64,000 nucleotides of DNA from an uncultured Chloroflexia bacterium. GTDB lineage: Bacteria > Chloroflexota > Limnocylindria > Limnocylindrales > CSP1-4. Below are positions 39,530 through 46,917 of the stretch, piece by piece. A program made the position numbers and the translations under genes. The notes beneath the pieces were generated by a model, which saw only the letters and a program-made list of their open reading frames with translations, was not told the DNA's origin and made no database searches. How positions within the stretch are numbered: the first letter of the stretch is position 1; every line of letters starts with the position of its first letter. The DNA lies in the NCBI GenBank assembly GCA_963766735.1, contig CAVYBU010000007.1, positions 192,001 to 256,000 of the forward strand, read 5' to 3'.

Positions 39530-39600
39530 GGCCTGCTCTACTCCTTCCAATGGGATCTGCCCCGCTGACGGCATGCCGATGCGGAGCCGAAAGGACGGCC
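39530..39600 (-). ncRNA. Putative S6:S18 leader (cis-regulatory RNA)
   Basis: Outer stem TCCTTTCGG/TTGGAAGGA sequesters the SD; inner stem CTCCGC/GCGGGG; unpaired CCC between them, directly upstream of rpsF. Confidence 0.7.
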
Positions 39601-39602
39601 GG

Positions 39603-39611
39603 AGGATACCA
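39603..39611 (-). promoter_or_regulatory. Extended -10 (TGGTATCCT) of the rpsF-ssb-rpsR operon
   Basis: Immediately 5' of the leader structure; identical 9-mer precedes tRNA-Phe at 44705-44713. Confidence 0.6.
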
Positions 39612-39706
39612 CGGGAGCTGACCGACGGCTCCGTGGCGAACCCTCCGGGCGCCGGAGAGGAATCCCGGAAGAACCGCCGCTCCGTGTATTCTCAGAGTGT
39701 CCAGCC

Positions 39707-40942
39707 GTGCCCGCATACAGGGGACCCGTGCAACTCTCGATCCTCGTCCTTGCGACCGACCGCGTTGCCGCCGATGCGCTCGCGGGGGCTCTCACCGCAC
39801 CCGGCCACGGCGTCACCATCGTGTCGCGACCGGCCGAGCTCCTCGCCGCCGCGCACGGCTACAGCCTGGTCATCATCGACCGGGTTCCACCCGGGACAAC
39901 CGTCGCGAACGTCGTGGCATCACTACGCGCAGACCCGGACGCGGCGGGAGTGCCGGTGCTTGCCGTCGCGCAGTCGAGCGACCTGGAGGAGCGGATCGCC
40001 CTGCTCGAGGCCGACGCGGACGACGTCATCACCAAGCCGTTCGACAACGTGGAGCTCTGCGGCCGCGTGGAAGCCCTTGCCCTGCACTTCCAGCGGACAG
40101 GAATCCGCGGAGCGGGCGGTGCCGCGATCGGGGGAACCGACGGACGCCGGGTCGTTGCCGTGTACAGCCCGAAGGGCGGCGTCGGCGCCACCACGATCGC
40201 GATCAACCTCGCGCTCATCGCGGCAGAGCGAAACCCCAACAAGACGCTGATCATCGACCTGGACCTCTCGTTCGGCCAGGTTGCTTCGCACCTCAACCTG
40301 CAGCCCAAGCAGTCCCTGTTGGAGCTGGTGCGGGACGATGGTGCGCTGCACGAGGCGGAGCTGTTCCGGACCTACCCGGTCCAGCATCCCAGCGGCGTCC
40401 ACGTCCTGGCCGCACCGCCAACGCCCGGGTTCGCGTCGCTCGTCACGGGCGATCACATCGAGCTGGTGATCACCCGCGCCCTCGAGGCGTACGACGTGGT
40501 CATCGTGGATGCGGGCGCCTCGCTTGATGACCGGATGCTGACCATCTTCAGCCGCTCGGACACCGTGATCGTGCCCGTGCTTCCCGAGATCCCGGCCCTC
40601 AATGCCGTCCACCTGCTGCTCGACCAGATCACGGAGACCGGCGCCGTCGGTGGAACGACGCTGTTCGTGCTCAACAACGCGTTCGCGCGCGACCTGCTCA
40701 AGCGCTCGGACGTGGAGGCCGCCCTGGGCGCAAAGATCACCGCAGACCTTCCCTACGACCCGATGGTGTACCTCAAGGCCGTGAACGAGGGCAACCCGGT
40801 GGTGCGCGGCGCCCCCAAGTCCCTGCCGGCCCAGCGTCTGCGGGCGCTCGCGGACATCGTCTTCGGCAAGGACCGCACGGCCACCCCTGCCACCGCCGAG
40901 GCCCCGAAGGAGAAGCGCGGCCTGTTCGGCCGGCGTCAATGA
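39707..40942 (+). CDS. CpaE/TadZ-like protein (receiver-like domain plus MinD/ParA-type ATPase)
   Basis: N-terminal receiver (LVIID...TKPF), deviant P-loop SPKGGVGATT, DLDLSFG, AVNEGNP. Confidence 0.85.
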   Translation: MPAYRGPVQLSILVLATDRVAADALAGALTAPGHGVTIVSRPAELLAAAHGYSLVIIDRVPPGTTVANVVASLRADPDAAGVPVLAVAQSSDLEERIALLEADADDVITKPFDNVELCGRVEALALHFQRTGIRGAGGAAIGGTDGRRVVAVYSPKGGVGATTIAINLALIAAERNPNKTLIIDLDLSFGQVASHLNLQPKQSLLELVRDDGALHEAELFRTYPVQHPSGVHVLAAPPTPGFASLVTGDHIELVITRALEAYDVVIVDAGASLDDRMLTIFSRSDTVIVPVLPEIPALNAVHLLLDQITETGAVGGTTLFVLNNAFARDLLKRSDVEAALGAKITADLPYDPMVYLKAVNEGNPVVRGAPKSLPAQRLRALADIVFGKDRTATPATAEAPKEKRGLFGRRQ

Positions 40943-41020
40943 CGCGGGGAGTCGGGTCCGGCCCGATCGGCCGCTAGTGCCGAGGGCGACGCCCGAGGTC
41001 ATGCGGGGTCGCTGCGCCCC

Positions 41021-41100
41021 CGCGTGACGCACCTGCGCCCCGTATGACGCACCTGCGCCCCGTATGACGCACCTGCGCCCCGTATGACGCACCTGCGCCC
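41021..41100. repeat. 20-bp tandem repeat x4 (CGTATGACGCACCTGCGCCC; first copy has 2 substitutions)
   Basis: Read directly from the sequence; no spacers. Confidence 0.97.
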
Positions 41101-41125
41101 TGCCGGCGGGGCCGGCAGGGCGCAG
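41093..41125. terminator. Perfect 15-bp inverted repeat between convergent genes (probable terminator hairpin)
   Basis: CTGCGCCCTGCCGGC-GGG-GCCGGCAGGGCGCAG; no clear U-tract. Confidence 0.6.
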
Positions 41126-41148
41126 AAGGACGCAAGGGCGCTCAGCTG

Positions 41149-41788
41149 TCAGTCGTCTCCTTCACCCCCGCCATCGTCGTGGTCACCGTCATGGCCGTCG
41201 TCATGGCCGTCGTGGTCACCGTCATGGCCGTCGTGGTCACCTTCGGCGTCGTCGCGCTCGCCGTCGTGGTTCGACTGCGTGCGTTGCGGCCTGGCATGCT
41301 CGGTCACGCTCTTCGGTGCGTGGTCCGTGCTCGTGGCGTCCTTGGCCTGGCTACCGTCTTCCGCCTCGTCGTCGGTATCGCAGTCCTGCTCGTCGGCCTC
41401 GTTCTGGCTCATCGGCCCGTCTCGTCGGCCTCGTTCTGTCGTCGGCCTCGTTCTGGTCATCGGCTTCGCCCTGATCGTCATCGCTGCAGGAGGCAGCCGG
41501 CACCTGGGCCGGGACCACCGCCTGGGTCACCAGGGTCACCTCGGTCGCGTCGGTGGCGTCCGTCGCCTCGGGCGTTTCGGCCCCGCCCCCCGTGTCGAGC
41601 GCGTCAGACGCCTCCTCGGTGTCGGGAGTCTCGGCCGCGCCGGTGGCCTCGAATGCGGCTGTCGTCGCGTCCACGTGTCGCAGGTCCGGGTTCACCAACC
41701 CGACCGTCGCGAATGTCGCGCCCGCGACGAGCAGGATCGAGACGCCAGCCGCCAGGAGGCTTCGCGCGCTCGTTTGGAGATGCCTCAT
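41149..41788 (-). CDS. Secreted acidic low-complexity protein with QNEAD repeats and a His/Asp-rich tail (frameshifted near 41405-41440)
   Basis: Signal-peptide-like N-terminus in ORF 41351..41797; C-terminus DHDGHDGDHDGHDD in ORF 41149..41481; indels fall in an 18-nt repeat. Confidence 0.7.
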
Positions 41789-42074
41789 CCTCAACACCCT
41801 CTCCCATGCCGGTCGGCCGACCCGCTGGACTGCGGAGGCCTGGCACCCTTCCTGAGCCTGGGAGTACGGCCCGAGGTTTCAGGCGCAACATGGACGATGG
41901 TCCTGGGCCTCGGCTGATGTGGTGCAATGCCGCACCGCCGTGAGAGTGAGCACTCCTCGGATGGCTCGTGCGGGCAGGGCTCAGGCGTCCAGTGCTCGGG
42001 GGTGGCCCCTGCGCCAGTCGCGCGGCGGGTGCACCCTGCGCCTGCATCGATCGTGCCGAGGGCCCGATCGACGA

Positions 42075-43058
42075 TCAGGAACCGATCACCTCCTGCTGGA
42101 CCACGAGTCCGTCGTCGTCAAAGCGCAGGACGACCATCTGGATCGTGTCGTGCCCTCCCTCAGTGAGCTGGACGCCGGCGATCGCGTAGTTGCCCCGCAC
42201 CAGGACGGCGTCGACAAGCTCCCGGTGGATGCCGCTCCCGGCGGCCTCGGTGACCAGCGCAGCGATGGCATCACGACCCGTGACGGACGAACCGGTGGCA
42301 TCCACGAGGGTCGCGGCCCGCGCGTAGAGCGCGGCCGCCGCGGCACCGTTCCCCGCATCCCAGGCCTTGACCAGGTCGGCGATCCTCGCCGTGGGATCCA
42401 GGGCGGGGGCCGGATCGAACGTCCAGCCCGGGATGTCGATCGTGTCGTGCCATCCGGTCAGCTCGAACTCGTCGCCGGCGGACGTGTCCGCGCCCGGGCC
42501 CATGTACTGGTGGAGACGGAGCTCCCGACCAGCCGATGGACCGGTTCCAAGGTAGGCGAGGTCTCCTTCGTGTACTCCGTCGCTCCGGATGACACCGACG
42601 GTGATGCCCTCCCATCCCGTCACGGCATCGGTTTCGGTCCCCCACCAGATCCCAGAGCCGTCCGGATAGAGATCCATGTTCAGCACCATGTCGGTTTCGA
42701 CGGATACCCGTGGATCCGACATGGACATCGTGTTCTTCCAGATCCCGTTGCGGTTCTGCTGGACGCCGTCGACGGAGGTGCCGACCGCGTCCTGCAACTG
42801 CACGGAAGTCCCGCTGCCCTGGACCTCGACCCTCGCCGTCGCGGGATCGTCGACGGGGGTCGGCGACGGCGTGGCGATGACCGCGGGCGACGGTGAAGCG
42901 GTCGGTTCCATCGCCTCCGGAGTGGCTGGTGCGGCGGATGGGGACTCGGTGGCTGCGCTCCCGCCACAGCCGGCCAGAAGTACGACAACCGCCAGGCCGG
43001 CAGCAGCACGCGGAAGCCGTCGAGCACCCTCTAGATTCACGGTCGCAGGGTTCCGCAT
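42075..43058 (-). CDS. Lipoprotein with Ser/Pro/Thr linker and C-terminal SnoaL/NTF2-like domain
   Basis: GGAGG RBS, lipobox LLAGC, C-terminal AWDAGN.AAAAALYA..A...GRDAI...VLRFDDDGLV. Confidence 0.75.
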   Translation of the reverse strand: MRNPATVNLEGARRLPRAAAGLAVVVLLAGCGGSAATESPSAAPATPEAMEPTASPSPAVIATPSPTPVDDPATARVEVQGSGTSVQLQDAVGTSVDGVQQNRNGIWKNTMSMSDPRVSVETDMVLNMDLYPDGSGIWWGTETDAVTGWEGITVGVIRSDGVHEGDLAYLGTGPSAGRELRLHQYMGPGADTSAGDEFELTGWHDTIDIPGWTFDPAPALDPTARIADLVKAWDAGNGAAAAALYARAATLVDATGSSVTGRDAIAALVTEAAGSGIHRELVDAVLVRGNYAIAGVQLTEGGHDTIQMVVLRFDDDGLVVQQEVIGS

Positions 43059-43547
43059 GGCTTCCTCCCAACGGCAGCGCGGGTCGGTCTCGCCAGTGGC
43101 TCGGCGCGGTCCGTGCGGCCGTGGGTGTCGGGCCGCGCGCTAGAACCTCCCGCTACCTACAAGAGATGCTCGAGGAGGCCGTCTGGTTCGGCGCGAACGT
43201 CGGATCCATGATCGATCCTGAGAGTCGGGCCGGGCCGACTCTGCGGTCCGCCGCGCCAGGCGTCCTGCGAGGGCACCGCCGGTAGGTCGCCCGCCGGGAG
43301 ACCAGCGATGTCCGCCCTGGCGACGTCGAGAAGCTCCCCCCAGCCTTCCCGCGAGCGTCCTGCTCGTGGTCGATCTTGAGGCTGGCGACACTCATCGCGT
43401 CGGCAGAGCCCGGCGCCTGCAGGACAAGGGCCAGCCGGGGTGCCCCAGAAGGCTCGGCGATCGGCGACACCCCGGACCCGTGCGGGTAGGGACCTGCGCT
43501 CACGTCCGCTGCTGGACGCAGGATTGCGGCCGACTTGCTGGCAATTG

Positions 43548-43634
43548 TGGTGCCGAGGGCGAGGTTCGAACTCGCACGGGGTTGCCCCCAGCGGTGTTTA
43601 AGACCGCCGCGTCTGCCGGTTGCGCCACCTCGGC
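43548..43634 (-). tRNA. tRNA-Leu(TAA)
   Basis: Anticodon arm GCGGT-CT-TAA-AC-ACCGC, long variable arm, GTTCGAA, encoded CCA. Confidence 0.96.
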
Positions 43635-43814
43635 TCGTGCGCTCGCGCGAGCGTCCCCCCATCGTAACCGTGCCGAGCGGTGGGACGCGATGCCGTTGGT
43701 GACCGCCGCGCTGCGCGTTCAACGGCCATTGCCACCATGGGCAGCGCATCGACGGTCCCGACGCCGTCGGGCCCGGACGCCCGTCCCCGGGCTGATCGAA
43801 CGTGGCTCGGTTCG

Positions 43815-44030
43815 TCAAGCGCTCGCGGGGCTGCGCACCCGTGCCATCAGAGTTTCACGGTGTGCAGGGGAGTCCGTCCTGCGCAGATCCGGTAGCTCGG
43901 GCGTCTCGAATGGCGCTGCGGCCTCGCTGGCAGCGGGCGCGAACTCGCAGTCAACCGGACGGAGGAGGCATACCCGACGGTCGCGGTCGTAGCCGGGGCA
44001 GTCCTCGGTCATGGGGCACTCGTCGATCAT
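43815..44030 (-). CDS. Small hypothetical protein with 4 N-terminal Cys
   Basis: GGAAGG upstream of ATG; 71 aa; C-x5-C-x9-C-x6-C. Confidence 0.45.
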   Translation of the reverse strand: MIDECPMTEDCPGYDRDRRVCLLRPVDCEFAPAASEAAAPFETPELPDLRRTDSPAHRETLMARVRSPASA

Positions 44031-44235
44031 GGCCGAACCTTCCGCTCCAGCTTCCGACCTGTCAACAACGACGATCGCGGCTCCGGACGCCAGTCCCTTC
44101 GACGGATGAGGAGACGGGCAAGCGTCCCCGTGAGAGGAGCGATTTCATGACGGCCTCCGGCCTTTGCCGCGGTCGTCGCGCCCTGTTCGGGGGTGTACGC
44201 CTGTTGCTGCCACGTTGCGGCCACGGGAACGAGAT

Positions 44236-44257
44236 ACGGGGCCCCGACGGGCCCCGT
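44236..44257 (-). terminator. GC-rich hairpin downstream of the tRNA cluster
   Basis: ACGGGGCCC...GGGCCCCGT inverted repeat just after tRNA-Cys. Confidence 0.55.
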
Positions 44258-44273
44258 TCGTGTTCAGAGAAGG

Positions 44274-44350
44274 TGGAGGCGACGGCCGGAGTCGAACCGG
44301 CGAATAGAGGTTTTGCAGACCCCCGCGTTAGGCCACTTCGCCACGTCGCC
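44274..44350 (-). tRNA. tRNA-Cys(GCA)
   Basis: Cloverleaf, CT-GCA-AA loop, TCCA end. Confidence 0.96.
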
Positions 44351-44385
44351 AGGTGTGCATGACACAAGCGCGGCTGGTGTCAGGT

Positions 44386-44459
44386 TGGCTGCCCCTCGAG
44401 GATTCGAACCTCGGCTAACGGATCCAAAGTCCGCTGTCCTACCACTAGACGAAGGGGCA
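44386..44459 (-). tRNA. tRNA-Gln(TTG)
   Basis: Cloverleaf, CT-TTG-GA loop, GCCA end. Confidence 0.96.
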
Positions 44460-44494
44460 GCGGGGCCGGGTTGCGAACTCGTATGGGGGGTGAA

Positions 44495-44570
44495 TGGAGC
44501 GGAAGACGGGACTCGAACCCGCGACCCTCACCTTGGCAAGGTGATGCTCTACCAACTGAGCCACTTCCGC
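44495..44570 (-). tRNA. tRNA-Gly(GCC)
   Basis: Cloverleaf, TT-GCC-AA loop, TCCA end. Confidence 0.97.
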
Positions 44571-44589
44571 TCGATGACCGACCAGGTGT

Positions 44590-44665
44590 TGGTGCCGAGA
44601 GCCAGATTCGAACTGGCGACACCGCGATTTTCAGTCGCGTGCTCTACCAACTGAGCTATCTCGGC
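44590..44665 (-). tRNA. tRNA-Phe(GAA)
   Basis: Cloverleaf, CT-GAA-AA loop, ACCA end. Confidence 0.97.
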
Positions 44666-44746
44666 CCGGACCCGGGTCCCCGCGGGGGCCCGTCGGCGCG
44701 CCGCAGGATACCACGAGGCCAGAACGGGCGGCAACCGATGCGAACC

Positions 44747-45757
44747 CTAGGACGGCCGCAATCCGGGACCGCGCGCCAGGGCCGCCTGGGCCCCGGGATC
44801 GAGCACGACAGCGGCGTTCGCCACCGGCGGCTGACCGCTGAGCTGGCGCAGCCGGTTGATGCGGTCGAGCGCCGCCGGATGCGTCGAGAACAGGGACCGC
44901 GAGGTGCTGGAGGCCGCCTTGACCGGGTTGTCGAAGTAGAGGTGCTGGGTCGCGCGATTGGCGACCTCGAGCGGCTCAGTGTCCAGGGAGATCTTCGCCA
45001 GGGCGCGCTCCAGTCCGAACGGGTTTCGCGTCAGCTCCACGGCCGAGACGTCCGCCAGGTACTCGCGCTGACGGCTGACCGCCATCTGGACGAGGCGGGA
45101 CATGATCGGCGCCAGGATGGCCAGCACGATGGCGACCACGAAGACGACGATCTGCAGTCCGCCCGACCCCGAATCCGAGCCCCTCCGGGAGCGCCGTCCT
45201 CCACCCCAGAAGGTGAACCGCAGGAAGAAGTCGGCGAGGAGCGCGATCGAGCCGACCAGCACGCCCACCATGAGCGAGAACCGGATGTCGTAGTTGCGGA
45301 CATGTGAGAGCTCATGAGCCATGACGCCCTGCAGCTCCTCCCGATCGAGCTTCTGGAGGAGTCCGATGGTGATGGCCACCGAGGCGTGCTTCGGGTCCCG
45401 TCCCGTCGCGAACGCGTTGGGGGCCGTGTCGTCGATGAGGTAGACCCGGGGCACCGGCACGTTCGCCGCCAGCGCGATCTCCCGAACCACGTTGAGCAGC
45501 TGCGGCTGATCCCTGTCCGTGACCTCCTTCGCTCCGGAGACCGAGAGGACCAGGGAATCGCCGGCGTAGTACGAGATCAGCGAGGCGAACAATCCGATCG
45601 TCAGCGCCAGGGCGGCGGACAGCAGGGCAGCCTCGAGGACACCCGTGACCGCCACGCCGACGGCTGCCCCCAGGAGCCCGAGGATCAGGATGACGGCGAC
45701 CGCGAGCAGCACCGAATTGCGTCGGTTCGCCCCGATCTGGTCGTAGAACGTGGCCAT
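44747..45757 (-). CDS. htpX: M48 family zinc metalloprotease HtpX
   Basis: PNAFATGRDP, AHELSH, SRQREYLAD, STHP. Confidence 0.95.
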   Translation of the reverse strand: MATFYDQIGANRRNSVLLAVAVILILGLLGAAVGVAVTGVLEAALLSAALALTIGLFASLISYYAGDSLVLSVSGAKEVTDRDQPQLLNVVREIALAANVPVPRVYLIDDTAPNAFATGRDPKHASVAITIGLLQKLDREELQGVMAHELSHVRNYDIRFSLMVGVLVGSIALLADFFLRFTFWGGGRRSRRGSDSGSGGLQIVVFVVAIVLAILAPIMSRLVQMAVSRQREYLADVSAVELTRNPFGLERALAKISLDTEPLEVANRATQHLYFDNPVKAASSTSRSLFSTHPAALDRINRLRQLSGQPPVANAAVVLDPGAQAALARGPGLRPS

Positions 45758-45822
45758 CGGCGGGCCTCAGCGGTGCGCGGGGCGGCGTGTCGCTCGCGCG
45801 GGCGTCGCGCGACCTGCGGGTG

Positions 45823-46401
45823 TCAGGACAGGCTCAGGTCAACCACCGGGACCGCCTCGGCCTCGGGGCCTGCGTCGAAGAATTCGCGCTTCGTGAAGCC
45901 GAACGAACTGGCGACGAACACGGCCGGGATGGTCTGGATCGCGTTGTTGTAGTCCAGCACGGTCGCGTTGTAGTGCTGGCGCGAGAAGCTGATCTGGTTC
46001 TCCGTGGTGGTCAGCTCCTCCTGGAGCTGCATCACGTTGGTGCTCGCCTTGAGATCCGGGTAGTTCTCGACGACGGCGAACAGCGAGCGAAGGGCGCCGG
46101 TGAGCATGTTCTCGGCGGCGGCCTGCTGGGCGGGGCCCTGGGCTCCGGCGGCCACGGCGTTTGCGCGTGCCTCGGTGACCCTGGTCAGGACGTCCTGCTC
46201 GAAGCCCATGTAGCCCTTCACGGCCTGCACGAGGTTCGGGATCAGGTCGTGCCGGCGGTTGAGCTGGACCTCGATCTGCGCGAACGCCTCGTCGATCCGG
46301 TTCCGGCGCGTGACGAGGCCGTTGTAGAGCGCGATGACGACCAGGGCGATGACGACCAGGGCGATGACGGCAACGATCGCGATGATCACGATCCCATCCA
46401 T
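45823..46401 (-). CDS. lemA: LemA family protein
   Basis: N-terminal TM, RRHDLIPNL, ENYPDLKAS, RQHYN. Confidence 0.96.
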   Translation of the reverse strand: MDGIVIIAIVAVIALVVIALVVIALYNGLVTRRNRIDEAFAQIEVQLNRRHDLIPNLVQAVKGYMGFEQDVLTRVTEARANAVAAGAQGPAQQAAAENMLTGALRSLFAVVENYPDLKASTNVMQLQEELTTTENQISFSRQHYNATVLDYNNAIQTIPAVFVASSFGFTKREFFDAGPEAEAVPVVDLSLS

Positions 46402-46519
46402 GCGGTCTCCTCGAAGTTGGGCAGGCGCAGCCTTTCGTCCAGCATAGCGCGCCGCCGCCGGCAGGTCGCGATTGGCGCGATGAACCAGGCAGGGCCGACC
46501 GGGTCGCGACTCAGGACAA

Positions 46520-46596
46520 TGGTGGGCGGTGAGGGACTCGAACCCCCGACATCCTCGGTGTAAGCGAGGCGCTCTAACCAACTGAGCTAACCGCCC
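46520..46596 (-). tRNA. tRNA-Val(TAC)
   Basis: CCTCG-CT-TAC-AC-CGAGG arm, ACCA end. Confidence 0.97.
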
Positions 46597-46627
46597 GGGG
46601 AGTGGTCGCCGGGGCCGGAAACGCGAA

Positions 46628-46649
46628 CGGGCGGCCGACCGGCCGCCCG
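46628..46649 (-). terminator. Hairpin between tRNA-Leu(GAG) and tRNA-Val
   Basis: CGGGCGGCC-GACC-GGCCGCCCG perfect inverted repeat. Confidence 0.5.
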
Positions 46650-46666
46650 CTTGAAGGTCAGGAGAG

Positions 46667-46751
46667 TGGTGCCCAGGCCGGGACTTGAACCCGGATGAGT
46701 TGCCTCATACGCCCCTCAAACGTACGCGTATACCAATTCCGCCACCTGGGC
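46667..46751 (-). tRNA. tRNA-Leu(GAG)
   Basis: TT-GAG-GG loop, long variable arm, ACCA end. Confidence 0.95.
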
Positions 46752-46795
46752 CTGTTCGCTGCGCTGTCGCCGGGATCCTCACGGGAAGGGGGTGT

Positions 46796-46882
46796 TGGTA
46801 CCGAGGAAGGGACTTGAACCCATACGCCCTTGCGGGCACTAGCTCCTGAAGCTAGCGCGTCTGCCAATTTCGCCACCTCGGC
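46796..46882 (-). tRNA. tRNA-Leu(CAG)
   Basis: CTAGC-TT-CAG-GA-GCTAG arm, long variable arm, ACCA end. Confidence 0.96.
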
Positions 46883-46917
46883 GAGGATCCGGCACGTGGG
46901 CCGAGGCGCCCGAAGGC

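Noticed and set aside
41021-41100. Possible CRISPR array
   Set aside because: Units are directly adjacent with no spacers, only 20 bp long, and there are no cas genes.
41790-42070. c-di-GMP or other riboswitch upstream of the acidic secreted protein
   Set aside because: Some stems are possible, but I could not match the conserved motifs of any riboswitch class. An Rfam scan would be needed.
43060-43547. Integrase, prophage or att duplication next to tRNA-Leu(TAA)
   Set aside because: No recombinase motifs and no duplicated tRNA 3' end found by eye.
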